From positions 23,912-87,911 of the forward strand of contig CAYREV010000007.1 of assembly GCA_964423345.1 (NCBI GenBank): a stretch of 64,000 nucleotides of DNA, given 5' to 3'. The position numbers and the translations under genes were made by a program. Positions 23,558 through 34,118 of this stretch are shown piece by piece (positions within the stretch are counted from its first letter, which is position 1; every line of letters starts with the position of its first letter). The notes beneath the pieces were generated by a model. It was not told the DNA's origin. It ran no database searches and worked only from the letters and a program-made list of their open reading frames with translations. This DNA comes from an uncultured Balneolaceae bacterium (GTDB lineage Bacteria; Bacteroidota; Rhodothermia; Balneolales; Balneolaceae).

Positions 23558-24163
23558 ATGAAAAAAGCAACGATACTTAACTGGCTCATTTTCGCCTTCA
23601 TGCTCATCCCCTTTGCAGTATTTTCACAGGCGGCCGACTATACCATGTCACCCTCAAGCACCATGATCATCACGGGGACCTCCACCATCCATGACTGGGA
23701 AGCCGATGTAGAGGAGCTGCAACTTACCGTGGATATTAATCCGGACATGATGCTATGCGACAGTACAGCCGAAGCATTGTCGGCACTAACAGTAACCGTT
23801 CCGGTAACATCCATAGAAAGCGGCAAAGGTGGAATGAACAATAAGATATACGGTGCATTGGAATCGAAGAAGCATCCCAATATCACCTTTAAACTCGCAG
23901 ACGCCCGACTTACCGATATGAAGGAAAACGCCTTTACCCTGCAGCTGAAAGGAAACCTGACCATTGCCGGATTTACCCGAGAAGTAACTTTTCCCGTAAC
24001 CGGCATGAAGGAGAACGAGAAGGGCTATCGATTCAAAGGCAGCTACGGATTAAACATGAAAGACTACAAGGTTGATCCTCCCTCGGCTATGTTCGGAGCA
24101 ATCAAAAGCGGAGAAGAGGTGGAAATTGCGTTCGATATTCTATTAACCAGAAATAACCTGTAA
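23558..24163 (+). CDS. YceI-like domain protein (secreted)
   Basis: 201 aa. Signal peptide; 'ITGTSTIHDWEADV' and 'LKGNLTIAGFTREVTFPV' resemble the YceI lipid/polyisoprenoid-binding barrel. Confidence 0.65.
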   Translation: MKKATILNWLIFAFMLIPFAVFSQAADYTMSPSSTMIITGTSTIHDWEADVEELQLTVDINPDMMLCDSTAEALSALTVTVPVTSIESGKGGMNNKIYGALESKKHPNITFKLADARLTDMKENAFTLQLKGNLTIAGFTREVTFPVTGMKENEKGYRFKGSYGLNMKDYKVDPPSAMFGAIKSGEEVEIAFDILLTRNNL

Positions 24164-24186
24164 ACCACCTTCCATGGCCCCGGCAA

Positions 24187-24885
24187 ATGAATACATTCAC
24201 CGAATATATTCGCTCCCCTATTCCGATAAATAAGATACTGCTGTCTGCAATACTTCTTATTTTCCTCCCCTTTCATGCCGGGGCTCAAAACAATCCACAG
24301 GGGCAAATAAAAATTGAAGAGGGAGGCAAACTATGGATCAGCGGTTCGGCCACCATCGTCGACTACACCTGCAAGGCCAGAGAACTGTCCGGCAACGGAA
24401 CCATAAAATACAAGGGGCAGCCCCGGAAAAACGTACGAGAGAGCGGCGATGTAAACATAACCGTGAGCATCCCTGTTCATTCGCTGGATTGTGGCAAAAA
24501 GCCCATGAACCGGGATATGTATGAAGCCCTAAAAGCAAACAGCCACCCCAATATCCACTATGAGCTTCTGGATGCCTTACTGGTTGACAGTACTTCTGCA
24601 AACGGCAATGAAGGCCCATCCTGGATGAACATCAAAACCACCGGCATCCTTGAAATTGCCGGCGTCAGGGATACAACGGAAATCCTCATCAGGGGAAAAA
24701 TCACAGATAACAACCGGTTCAGGGTCAAGGGAAGTAAACATATATCCATGGATACTTTTAATATCGATCCCCCTACGGCCCTGCTGGGATTGATAAAGGC
24801 AAACAAGGAACTTACCGTCAAGTTTGATGTAGCTGTCAGAATTAAAGGCACCCGGCAAAACCCGGGTATAACCGGGCGGAAATGA
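24187..24885 (+). CDS. YceI-like domain protein (second copy, secreted)
   Basis: 232 aa. 'ISGSATIVDYTCKA' and 'TTGILEIAGVRDTTEILIRG', with the same architecture as the preceding ORF. Confidence 0.6.
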   Translation: MNTFTEYIRSPIPINKILLSAILLIFLPFHAGAQNNPQGQIKIEEGGKLWISGSATIVDYTCKARELSGNGTIKYKGQPRKNVRESGDVNITVSIPVHSLDCGKKPMNRDMYEALKANSHPNIHYELLDALLVDSTSANGNEGPSWMNIKTTGILEIAGVRDTTEILIRGKITDNNRFRVKGSKHISMDTFNIDPPTALLGLIKANKELTVKFDVAVRIKGTRQNPGITGRK

Positions 24886-24927
24886 TTTCCGCAAGGCGAC
24901 TTAACAACTAACCAACAACTGTTCGCC

Positions 24928-25908
24928 ATGTATACTTTCAAAAAGATTTTGGTTCCAACCGACTTGTCCGACAACGCTTCTGCAGCCTATCCACTGGCCC
25001 AGGAGATAGCCGCCCGATATGATGCCACCGTTGATTTTATTCATATCATCCCCATGCTGCACTATTTTCATGAAAGCATGGATACGCTGAATATCCCGCT
25101 GAATATGGAAAAAGATGTCTATCCCAAAATTCAGAAGCGAACTGCTGATAAAATAAACGAACTGATGAGCAGTTTTTTACAGCCTCAGAACAAGGGAAAG
25201 GGAGTGGTAACCATAGCAAGAAAACCGGCGATTGAAATTGCAGATTTTGCCGAAGGTAACGGTTATGACCTAATAGTAATGGCCACCAACGGCCAGCATG
25301 AATCGGACCTTTTGAGGGGAAGCATCACCGAAAAAGTTATAAGGTATGCCCATACCCCCGTCCTGACCACACAGATTGCAGACCCTGAACGTTTCAAGAC
25401 CCTGCTGCTACCCACCGATGGGTCTATGACCTCGCTTGAAGCCCTGCCCATAGCCGTTTCCATGGCCCTAATCTTTAACGCTTCCATCACTTTATACCAT
25501 GTGCTTGAACTGCATGGATCAATGACGGAAAGCGCCCCCAGAGATCCGCATAAAACTGTCGAGGAAAACATACATAATACCCTGTACAGAGCGCTGGAGG
25601 AATTCCTCGAGAGCCAACCAAACAGCAATACCGAACTGCGGCGGGGCGATAACAATGAAAATCAGCTGGTGTATACCGAGGGAGCCTCCAGTGCAACCAT
25701 CAATGTGAAAACCGTCATTGAGAAAGGTGTATCGGCCCATCATGCCATTACCAGCTATGCCGGCAGCCATGCGGATATGGTTATTATGGCTACGCACGGG
25801 CGCAGCGGACTGGCTCACCTGCTGCTGGGTTCCACGGCCGAGAAGGTTGCACAGCACCTGGATTTGCCGGTGCTAACGGTCAAACCCGACCTGCATACCG
25901 TCACATAG
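24928..25908 (+). CDS. Universal stress protein, tandem UspA domains
   Basis: 326 aa. 'KKILVPTDLSDNA', 'DLIVMATNGQH...GSITEKVIRYAHTPVL', then a second 'LLLPTDGS' ... 'DMVIMATHGRSGLAHLLLGSTAEKVAQHLDLPVLTV'. Confidence 0.85.
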   Translation: MYTFKKILVPTDLSDNASAAYPLAQEIAARYDATVDFIHIIPMLHYFHESMDTLNIPLNMEKDVYPKIQKRTADKINELMSSFLQPQNKGKGVVTIARKPAIEIADFAEGNGYDLIVMATNGQHESDLLRGSITEKVIRYAHTPVLTTQIADPERFKTLLLPTDGSMTSLEALPIAVSMALIFNASITLYHVLELHGSMTESAPRDPHKTVEENIHNTLYRALEEFLESQPNSNTELRRGDNNENQLVYTEGASSATINVKTVIEKGVSAHHAITSYAGSHADMVIMATHGRSGLAHLLLGSTAEKVAQHLDLPVLTVKPDLHTVT

Positions 25909-25975
25909 CCGATGCCGGGCCGGCTTTGGAAAACCGCTCCCGGTAATACTTGCAGAATCACCTGTGGGGATTTCA

Positions 25976-27322
25976 CTAAATACCCATACGCTCCATCTTG
26001 CGGTAAAGAGTTGAGGGGTCAATTCCCAGCAGCCGTGCGGCCTCGGTCTTATTGCCATCGGTACGTTTAAGCACGCTCATGATATGGTGTTTTTCAAAGG
26101 TTTGGACCGCCTCCTCCAGGGAATCATGATCGTAGTCTACCTTCCCTTTGGATTCACTGATGCTTTTGGGCAGGTCGTCAAGAGTTATAAATTCGTCACT
26201 ACCCAGCAGTACGGCCCTTTCAATAATATTTTCCAGCTCCCGCACCTGTCCTTTCCACTCAAACGACATCAGGGCTCCCATAGCCTCGCTGGTTATACCC
26301 TGAACAGGCCGGTTCAGCTCCCTGCTGTACTTTTTAAGGAAATGTTGAGCCAGCAGGGGGATATCCTCCCGCCGTTCCTGAAGGGTGGGCAAGGGTATCT
26401 CCACAACATTCAGGCGGTAATAGAGATCTTCCCTGAAATTGCCTTTTTCAACTTCCTCTTCAAGGTTTTTGTTGGTGGCCGCTACAATCCTCGTATCGAA
26501 ACTTACCATCCGGTTTGAACCAATGGGCTTAACCTCTCGCTCCTGAATGACCCGAAGCAGGTTAACCTGTTGACTCAGCGGTATTTCTCCCACCTCATCC
26601 AGAAAAACCGTTCCCTTGTGGGCAGCCACAAAAACCCCATCCTTGTCATTGATAGCCCCCGTAAACGCACCCTTTTTATGCCCGAAAAGCTCCGACTCAA
26701 TCAGGTCCCTGGGAATCGCACCGCAGTTTATCGCAATAAACGGCTTGGAGGACCTGTTGCTATGGGAGTGTATGGCCCTGGCTACCAGTTCCTTGCCCGT
26801 ACCGCTGGGGCCGGTAATCAGCACATTGCTGTTGGCGTCGCTTACCCTTTTAACCATCCGGTAGACCTCCTTCATCGCCGGGCTTTCACCTATAATGTGA
26901 TTGAAGTTGAACTCCTGGTCGATCTGCTCACGGAGGTATTTGTTTTCCTGCACCAGCTTTTTCTGTTTCAACAGATTCTCAATTCGTACAATCACTTCAT
27001 CAAAGTCGAGGGGTTTGAGGATATAGTCGGCTGCCCCCTTCCTCAAGGCCTGTATGGCTGTTTCCACCGTTGCATGGGCGGTAATGATAATAGTCAGGGT
27101 ATCCGACGATCGCCTGAGGGCATGTTCAAGGACCTCTATTCCCTCGACTTTGGGCATCTTAAGGTCCGTTATCAGGATATCGTAGGAGTGCTCGTTCAAG
27201 GCTTCAATGGCCTCTTCCCCGTCAGCAACGGCCTTGCACTGGAATCCCTCTTCCCGCAAAACTATGGACAGTGAATTCCGAATTTCCTCTTCATCGTCGG
27301 CAATAAGTATGGTTCCTATCAT
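25976..27322 (-). CDS. Sigma-54-dependent response regulator (NtrC/AtoC family: REC + AAA+ + Fis-type HTH)
   Basis: 'ILIADDEEEIRNSL...ILITDLKMP' (REC), 'GPSGTGKELVARAIH' (Walker A), 'ESELFGHKKGAFTGA' (GAFTGA loop), 'AARLLGIDPSTLYRKMERMGI' (HTH). Its start overlaps the kinase stop by 4 nt. Confidence 0.92.
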   Translation of the reverse strand: MIGTILIADDEEEIRNSLSIVLREEGFQCKAVADGEEAIEALNEHSYDILITDLKMPKVEGIEVLEHALRRSSDTLTIIITAHATVETAIQALRKGAADYILKPLDFDEVIVRIENLLKQKKLVQENKYLREQIDQEFNFNHIIGESPAMKEVYRMVKRVSDANSNVLITGPSGTGKELVARAIHSHSNRSSKPFIAINCGAIPRDLIESELFGHKKGAFTGAINDKDGVFVAAHKGTVFLDEVGEIPLSQQVNLLRVIQEREVKPIGSNRMVSFDTRIVAATNKNLEEEVEKGNFREDLYYRLNVVEIPLPTLQERREDIPLLAQHFLKKYSRELNRPVQGITSEAMGALMSFEWKGQVRELENIIERAVLLGSDEFITLDDLPKSISESKGKVDYDHDSLEEAVQTFEKHHIMSVLKRTDGNKTEAARLLGIDPSTLYRKMERMGI

Positions 27323-28641
27323 AGGGTTGTTGCTTTATGTTCAAGGGGCAGGCTTATTACAAAAGTGGTCCCTTCTCCGTAGTCGGAATCAACCTCTATG
27401 GCACCCCCCATCTTGGAAATGATACCGTGGCTCACCGACAGTCCGAGACCGGTGCCGCTGCCCACGTCCTTGGTCGTATAAAAAGGCTCAAATATTCGTT
27501 TAATATCTTTCTCGGGAATTCCCTGTCCCACATCCCGGATAGAAATTTTTACTTCTCCCTGCTCCTCCCATGTTTTAATGGTAACCCGGGGATTTTTAAC
27601 CGATTGCATCGCATCCACGGCATTCATCAGCAAGTTGACGATCACCTGGTGTATGTGATCCGGAACCCCCTCTATTTCGGGCAGGCCGGACGACAGGTTA
27701 AGATCAAAATCCACTGAACGGCAACGGGCGTCGTGCCTCAGCAGGCCCACAGCCGATCGAATAACCTCATTCAACTGTGTCATCTTCGTCTCCAGGCTGG
27801 ACGGCCGGGCAAAATCGACCAGATCCCTTACAATCTTGTTTATGCGTTGTATATGTTCCCGTACCTTGGCAAGCTGATCCTGCACAAAAGGCTCGTCACT
27901 TTTTCGCTGGCATACCTGTACCAGCGAGGAGATGGCGGTTAGCGGATTTCCCACCTCATGGGCTACCCCGGCAGCCATATGCCCCAGCGTGGCCAGGCGT
28001 TCGGAATGCTGTATCTGCTCCTCTTTAATTTTCAGGTCAGTCAGATCCCTTAAAATTTGGGAACGGCCCACAATCTCTCCTTTCTCGTCCCGGATATAGG
28101 ATTCCGTTAGATTGACCAGCACTTTGCTGCCCTCCTTGTTCAGCCTTTCCGTTTCATAATTCGTTACATAACCCCGGTAATGCATACCGAAGTCTATGCA
28201 TTCCAGCTCTTTCTGCTCAATCATTTCGTCGGGCAGCAGCACCTTGATCGACTTGCCGATAATTTCATCCCTGTTCCATCCGAAAATCTGCTCCGCCCCC
28301 TGGTTCCAGGAGGTTATGACCTTGTTATTATCCAGCGTTATGATTGCATCCGCAGAGTGTTCGATAATATTGCGGTACCGCTGTTCCGTCACATCCAGCT
28401 GCTCCTGGTACAACTCCCGGTAGTTGTAAACGGTCCACGCCGCCCAAACAACAAGTAACAGGGAAACGATAACCCCTCTGCTAAAATAGAGGATCTGCAG
28501 GGCCTGCGGAGATGTATCGTCCATAAATACGATCTTGATGATTTCGAACACCCCGAAAAAGAGCCCCAGGATCAACAGCGACATGAAAAGCAGATATCCG
28601 ATACGGACATGCTTTAAAAAGTGAAGAATGCCTTTCCTCAT
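27319..28641 (-). CDS. Sensor histidine kinase (2 TM + PAS + HisKA + HATPase_c)
   Basis: 'AAGVAHEVGNPLTAI' H-box; 'DAIITLDNNKVITSWNQGAEQIFGW' PAS; 'GTGLGLSVSHGII' G2 box. Confidence 0.9.
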   Translation of the reverse strand: MRKGILHFLKHVRIGYLLFMSLLILGLFFGVFEIIKIVFMDDTSPQALQILYFSRGVIVSLLLVVWAAWTVYNYRELYQEQLDVTEQRYRNIIEHSADAIITLDNNKVITSWNQGAEQIFGWNRDEIIGKSIKVLLPDEMIEQKELECIDFGMHYRGYVTNYETERLNKEGSKVLVNLTESYIRDEKGEIVGRSQILRDLTDLKIKEEQIQHSERLATLGHMAAGVAHEVGNPLTAISSLVQVCQRKSDEPFVQDQLAKVREHIQRINKIVRDLVDFARPSSLETKMTQLNEVIRSAVGLLRHDARCRSVDFDLNLSSGLPEIEGVPDHIHQVIVNLLMNAVDAMQSVKNPRVTIKTWEEQGEVKISIRDVGQGIPEKDIKRIFEPFYTTKDVGSGTGLGLSVSHGIISKMGGAIEVDSDYGEGTTFVISLPLEHKATTL

Positions 28642-28877
28642 CGTTTCAATCGATTGTTAGTAGTATTGTACCGGCTAAAATAGTAGGTAATGTTTATGAG
28701 GCTTCAAAAATAAACATATTTCCCCATTCCCGCCCCCAGGTAGCCGAAATATCTCAACTATTACATTTTAAGATGAACCGTTTATGAAGTTAACAACACC
28801 TTTTACCCGGATAATCCTTCCGCCTTTTACCTTTTAACGGCTAACAGCAATAGCAAAAGTTTTCTTATGTTATTCCC

Positions 28878-29591
28878 ATGGACTTCCATTATTCAATTAT
28901 CGGCACAAATATTCAACGTCTTTCAGCCATGGCTCTACTTGCCGGGCTGATGCTATGTTTAACCCCCTTTGCCTCCGGTGCTCAAACGTCCGATGGCATC
29001 ACCCTTGCCCGCATTGAATACCGGGGAGGGGGCGACTGGTACAATAATCCTTCCGCCCTCGGAAATCTTATTTCGTTTACCCAAAGCAGGGTACCCATTA
29101 CCCTGGACCGGGAGTACGACGATGTTTCCATAGGTAGCCGCGACCTCTTCAGCTATCCTTTTGCATTTATGACGGGACACGGCAACATAACCGTTAACGG
29201 CGCCGAGGCCGCCAATCTGAGAAATTACCTGCAGAATGGAGGTTTCCTCTATGTAGATGATGACTATGGCCTGGACAAGCATTTCCGGGAGATGATAGGC
29301 CGTGTATTTCCCGACGAAGAGTTAATCGAATTGCCATTTGACCACCCCATCTACCATCAGCTTTTCGACTTTCCCGACGGGCTGCCGAAAATCCATGAAC
29401 ACGACGGCAAAGCCCCACGGGGCTATGGCATCTTCATTGACGGCCGGCTGGCACTCTACTATACCTATGAATCCAATCTGAGTGACGGGTGGACCAATCC
29501 GGAAGTGCACAACGATCCCGAACCGCTGCGGCAAAAAGCCCTGCAGATGGGAGCCAACATTCTCATATATGCCCTTACCAACAGCCGTTAA
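28878..29591 (+). CDS. DUF4159-like secreted protein
   Basis: 237 aa. 'ARIEYRGGGDWYNNPSALGNLISF' and 'FAFMTGHGNI...GGFLYVDDDYG' resemble DUF4159 (GATase1-like fold). Recognised from memory only. Confidence 0.45.
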   Translation: MDFHYSIIGTNIQRLSAMALLAGLMLCLTPFASGAQTSDGITLARIEYRGGGDWYNNPSALGNLISFTQSRVPITLDREYDDVSIGSRDLFSYPFAFMTGHGNITVNGAEAANLRNYLQNGGFLYVDDDYGLDKHFREMIGRVFPDEELIELPFDHPIYHQLFDFPDGLPKIHEHDGKAPRGYGIFIDGRLALYYTYESNLSDGWTNPEVHNDPEPLRQKALQMGANILIYALTNSR

Positions 29592-29718
29592 ATCTACCTG
29601 GTATTCTTCATCTCTTGAAAAACCGCTATACGATCTATGAATCATCATTCTTCTTTTCACTGACTGATATTTTCTTGATATTAGTGATCCGTCATTTATT
29701 AACTTACCGATTCAAATT

Positions 29719-30162
29719 ATGATCATCCCAATAGCGAGCGACCATGCGGGTTTTGAAGCGAAGGAAAAAGTCAAAAAAATGCTGGAAGAGCTGGGGCATA
29801 TGCCCGTTGATTTTGGCACTCACTCGGAAGATTCTGTCGATTATCCGGAATTTGCAGTACAGGTTGCCCGCAAAGTCAACGATGGCGAACATGATCAGGG
29901 CATACTGATATGCGGAAGCGGTCAGGGGATGTGCATGACGGCCAATAAATTTAACAATATCCGCGCCGCCCTCATCTATAGTGAAAAGTCGGCCGCACTC
30001 ACCCGGCAGCATAACAATGCCAACGTCCTGTGCCTGCCGGGCAGGGAGCTGAACGATGAAGAGCTCAAGGAAATCCTGCAGGCCTGGTTTGAAGCTGATT
30101 TTGAAGGGGGCCGTCACGAACGCAGAGTTAAGAAAATACACACCCTAACCGAGAACGATTAG
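29719..30162 (+). CDS. rpiB: Ribose-5-phosphate isomerase B
   Basis: 'IIPIASDHAGFEAKEKV', 'ICGSGQGMCMTANKF', 'NANVLCLPGR'; 147 aa. Confidence 0.9.
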   Translation: MIIPIASDHAGFEAKEKVKKMLEELGHMPVDFGTHSEDSVDYPEFAVQVARKVNDGEHDQGILICGSGQGMCMTANKFNNIRAALIYSEKSAALTRQHNNANVLCLPGRELNDEELKEILQAWFEADFEGGRHERRVKKIHTLTEND

Positions 30163-30165
30163 CGC

Positions 30166-31464
30166 ATGAAGCCATTAGCAAAAAAAGATTCGGAAATATA
30201 CCGCCTGCTCGACGAGGAGCGTCAGCGGCAGAACGACAACCTGGAACTGATTGCCTCCGAAAATTTTGCCTCAAAAGCTGTAATAGAGGCTATGGGCTCA
30301 ACCCTCACCAATAAATATGCGGAAGGTCTGCCGGGAAAACGCTATTACGGCGGATGTGAAATTGTAGACCAGGTGGAAAACCTGGCCCGGGAGAGGGCAA
30401 AGAAACTCTTTGGGGCGGAATGGGTAAACGTACAGCCGCATTCGGGCGCACAGGCCAACGCGGCGGTATATCTCAGCTTTATGGAAGCCGGGGAAACCCT
30501 GCTGGGGCTGGACCTCTCTCACGGAGGGCACCTGACGCACGGTTCGCCGGTCAACTTCTCGGGGATCCTCTATAATTCGCAATTTTACGGAGTTGACAGG
30601 GATACCGGACGAATTGACCTGGACAAGGTCCGCCAAAAAGCACAGGAGGTCAAGCCCAAGCTGATATCCATCGGTGCCTCCGCTTATCCCCGTGATTTCG
30701 ACTATGCGGCATTTCGGGAGATAGCCGACGAAGTCGGTGCTTATCTCTGGATGGATATGGCCCATACCGCAGGACTCATTGCCATGGGACTTCTAAACGA
30801 CCCCCTGCCTCACTGCCATGTAGTGACAACGACCACCCACAAGACCCTTAGAGGTCCCCGGGGCGGCATGATACTGATCGGCAAAGACGGCGAGAATACA
30901 CTGGGAGTGAAAGCCCGGAAATCGGGCCGCACCAAAAACTGGAGCGAAGTGCTTGACTCGGCTGTCTTCCCCGGCACGCAGGGCGGGCCGCTGATGCACG
31001 TAATTGCCGCCAAAGCGGTATCCTTCGGGGAAGCGCTGGAGGATGATTTTAAAGCCTATCAACAGCAGGTACAGGCCAATGCCAAGACCCTGGCCGAATC
31101 ATTCCGGTCGATGGATTACAAGCTGGTAAGCGGCGGAACCGACAACCACCTCATCCTGGTTGACCTGAGAAATAAAGGGCTCACCGGCAAAATTGCAGAG
31201 GAGTCGCTCGACGAGGCAAAGATCACCCTTAATAAAAATATGGTTCCCTTCGATACGGAAAGCCCGTTTGTAACTTCCGGCATTCGCATCGGTACCCCGG
31301 CCATGACTACCCGCGGTTTTGGTACGGACGAATTTAAAGAAGTTGCCCGTCTCATTGACAAGGTACTGCAGGATCCGGAGAATGATGATACCATTGATGA
31401 AGTTCAGAAGCAGGTAAGCGAACTCTGCGAGGAGTTTCCCCTTTATGATTTTGTAACCGCCTGA
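30166..31464 (+). CDS. glyA: Serine hydroxymethyltransferase
   Basis: 'LELIASENF', '[16 protein letters not shown]', '[15 protein letters not shown]' (PLP-Lys motif); 432 aa. Confidence 0.95.
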   Translation: MKPLAKKDSEIYRLLDEERQRQNDNLELIASENFASKAVIEAMGSTLTNKYAEGLPGKRYYGGCEIVDQVENLARERAKKLFGAEWVNVQPHSGAQANAAVYLSFMEAGETLLGLDLSHGGHLTHGSPVNFSGILYNSQFYGVDRDTGRIDLDKVRQKAQEVKPKLISIGASAYPRDFDYAAFREIADEVGAYLWMDMAHTAGLIAMGLLNDPLPHCHVVTTTTHKTLRGPRGGMILIGKDGENTLGVKARKSGRTKNWSEVLDSAVFPGTQGGPLMHVIAAKAVSFGEALEDDFKAYQQQVQANAKTLAESFRSMDYKLVSGGTDNHLILVDLRNKGLTGKIAEESLDEAKITLNKNMVPFDTESPFVTSGIRIGTPAMTTRGFGTDEFKEVARLIDKVLQDPENDDTIDEVQKQVSELCEEFPLYDFVTA

Positions 31465-31555
31465 GAAATGGAACACCCCGAATTTGAAACGTTAAAACCG
31501 GTATCTGCCTCAAGGTAGGGATCCCGGTTCCGACTGATATTATTCATAACTGTTT

Positions 31556-32407
31556 ATGGCACCAACTGAAGAACGACAAATTATGGCCGGAGACCCTCCC
31601 AAGGCTCAACAGCCGGCCGACCGAACCACCGACATGTCTTTCCTGGAACACCTGGAAGAGTTGCGGTGGCGCCTTATCAAGGGGTTTGGAGGGGTGGCCC
31701 TCGGAGTGATCATAGCCGTTTTCTTTGGCGATTTCCTGGTAAACAAGGTTATGCTCGGGCCAACCAGGGCCGATTTTATAGTCTACAAGTTCCTGGGAAT
31801 CGATGCCATAGACCTCACGCTTCAAAGCAGGAAGCTCCCCGGACAGTTTTTCACCTATTGGGGAACCCTGATCCTGATGGGGGGCATTATCGGATCTCCC
31901 ATTTTATTTTATCAGCTTTGGGCTTTTGTGGAACCGGCCCTGGAAAGTGATGAAAAATGGAAATCACGCCTTCACACCCTGTTTATAACCTCTTTTTTCC
32001 TGTTGGGCGTAAGTTTCGGTTATTTTGTGCTTGTGCCTTTCGCCCTTCAGTTTTTCAGCCAGTTCCAGATATCGGATGTCATCCATAACGATTTCGATAT
32101 CAACGAGTATTTCAGCTCACTCTCCATGTGGGTTATCTCCTGCGGTGTCATCTTTCAACTTCCGGTCGTAAGCTATTTCCTTTCGAAGTTCGGCCTTCTC
32201 ACCCCCGAATTCCTGATCAAATACCGGCGGCATTCCATCGTCTTCTGTTTTATCATATCGGCTTTCCTCACCCCGCCCGACCCTATTTCACAGATAATCA
32301 TAGGCATCCCGCTTATACTGCTCTACCAGTTTTCCATCTGGGTCAGCCGCCGTGGAGTCCGGCAGCGTGAAAAGGAGTTGCTAAAAGCATTCGGAAAGAG
32401 TGAATAG
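31556..32407 (+). CDS. tatC: Twin-arginine translocase subunit TatC
   Basis: 'MSFLEHLEELRWRLIK' is the conserved TatC N-terminus; six TM helices. The real start may be the internal Met at 31634 or 31583 rather than 31556. Confidence 0.9.
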   Translation: MAPTEERQIMAGDPPKAQQPADRTTDMSFLEHLEELRWRLIKGFGGVALGVIIAVFFGDFLVNKVMLGPTRADFIVYKFLGIDAIDLTLQSRKLPGQFFTYWGTLILMGGIIGSPILFYQLWAFVEPALESDEKWKSRLHTLFITSFFLLGVSFGYFVLVPFALQFFSQFQISDVIHNDFDINEYFSSLSMWVISCGVIFQLPVVSYFLSKFGLLTPEFLIKYRRHSIVFCFIISAFLTPPDPISQIIIGIPLILLYQFSIWVSRRGVRQREKELLKAFGKSE

Positions 32408-32507
32408 GCCGGTGAGGTTATCAGATACCTTCACAATTTCCATTTTTCTCAGCCGTTAAAATCCATTACCTTTGTGGGCTACATAATAATGATCACATAG
32501 ATGCTAA

Positions 32508-33029
32508 ATGAAATACCTCAGAAACATTCTATTCGTTCTTGCAAGCCTCTTGTTCATCCACTCCTGTGGACAGGATCCGACCGGTCCCGATTTCAGTGGG
32601 GCACCGGCCCCTTTTGATACCACAACTGCGGTCAGCGACACCACCACTCCCGATGGTTTGACCATCTACACTATCCGGGAGGGATATGGGGCCTTCGAGG
32701 TGATCAGCAGGGACCAGGTAAAGGTTAAATATACCGGGCGAACCGAAGACGGTACTATTTTCGACAGCACCTATAGAGACGGTTTTACCAATGCACGCAC
32801 CCTTCAAAATCTGACGCCGGTACCTATCAACACCGGTTTCTCACAGGTATCTCCACTCATAGATGGTTTCCGCCGCGGCATTATCGGCATGCGCCCGGGC
32901 GAGAAAAGAACGATTGTGGTACCTCCTTCCCTGGGTTACGGTGATGCAAAAGAAGGGACCAATGGTTTCGACCTAAAAGACAAAACACTGATTTTCGATA
33001 TTGAGCTGGTCGAAATCGTGACCCTTTAA
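32508..33029 (+). CDS. FKBP-type peptidyl-prolyl cis-trans isomerase, lipoprotein
   Basis: Lipobox 'LFIHSCG'; 'VKVKYTGRTEDGTIFDST', 'GFRRGIIGMRPGEKRTIVVPPSLGYG', 'LIFDIELVEI'. Confidence 0.88.
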   Translation: MKYLRNILFVLASLLFIHSCGQDPTGPDFSGAPAPFDTTTAVSDTTTPDGLTIYTIREGYGAFEVISRDQVKVKYTGRTEDGTIFDSTYRDGFTNARTLQNLTPVPINTGFSQVSPLIDGFRRGIIGMRPGEKRTIVVPPSLGYGDAKEGTNGFDLKDKTLIFDIELVEIVTL

Positions 33030-34114
33030 CGGTCGGGCAAGTACCGGCGGGTAATCCGCCGGTCAATGGAGACGAGAATCTCGTACGAAATGGTATCCAG
33101 CTTCTGAGCCATCTTTCCGGCCGTCAACCGCTCGGTATCCAGTATCGTCACCTCCGTCCCGGGATCAATCTTGTCTTTCCCTAAAAAGACCATAAAATAA
33201 TTCATGGTGATGGTGCCAACCTGGGGATAGGGCTCCCCTTCGATACGTACGTGTATCTTCCCGCTTAACGCTCTTCGCAGGCCGTCGCCGTACCCTACCG
33301 GCACCACCCCTATAAAGCCATCTCCCGGGGCCTGCCACCTGCCCCCGTAACTGACCGTGTCTCCACGGGCGACAGGCTTCACCTGCACCAGGCGGCTTTT
33401 CCAGGCCAGGGCCGGCTTAAGCCCTTCGACATCCGCCGGTGAGGGAGGATAGCCGTAGAGTCCGATACCAACCCTCACCAGGTCAAAGACCGAGCCTTCA
33501 TAATATAGGGCGCCCCCGGTATTGCCGACATGGGTACGTAATCCATCCGGAAATTTCGCCCGCAACTGGCGGAATTGTTCAAGCTGCCTGTAGGCTTTCT
33601 CCGATTCCGGTGCGTCGGCCGTTGCCAGGTGCGTATAGATACCTGTACAATTCAAACCATCGTACTGATCCATCTTCTCCCTGACTGCATGAACCTCGCC
33701 GGGTAGCAGGCCCAGCCGCCCCATCCCCGTATCGAAATTCAGATGATAGCCTGTCCCCTTCTCAAGGAGATCAAAATGAACCGGGCGGCTGACCGTAGCC
33801 GTCAGATTATGAGAAACATATGCTTCCGCATTCCCCTCTTCCGGAACGCCAAATACAAGTATGGGAAGTTCGATGCCGGCCTCTCTAAGTTCAATCCCCT
33901 CTTCCACATCGTTTACAGCCAGCCATTCCACGCGGTCTCCGAGAGCACGAACCACTTCCACGCTGCCGTGCCCGTAGGCGTTGGCCTTGACAACCGCCAT
34001 AACCCCGGCAGTGCCGCCTGCACGTTTGCGCAAAAAATCCAGGTTGCTCCTGATATTGTCCAGGTCGACAATCACCTCGGAATGGTAGTTGGATAACTTA
34101 TCTGGGCTTTTCAT
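33026..34114 (-). CDS. alr: Alanine racemase
   Basis: 'MAVVKANAYGHG' PLP-Lys motif, 362 aa, C-terminal 'ISYEILVSI..R' motif. Confidence 0.85.
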   Translation of the reverse strand: MKSPDKLSNYHSEVIVDLDNIRSNLDFLRKRAGGTAGVMAVVKANAYGHGSVEVVRALGDRVEWLAVNDVEEGIELREAGIELPILVFGVPEEGNAEAYVSHNLTATVSRPVHFDLLEKGTGYHLNFDTGMGRLGLLPGEVHAVREKMDQYDGLNCTGIYTHLATADAPESEKAYRQLEQFRQLRAKFPDGLRTHVGNTGGALYYEGSVFDLVRVGIGLYGYPPSPADVEGLKPALAWKSRLVQVKPVARGDTVSYGGRWQAPGDGFIGVVPVGYGDGLRRALSGKIHVRIEGEPYPQVGTITMNYFMVFLGKDKIDPGTEVTILDTERLTAGKMAQKLDTISYEILVSIDRRITRRYLPDR

Positions 34115-34118
34115 GGAT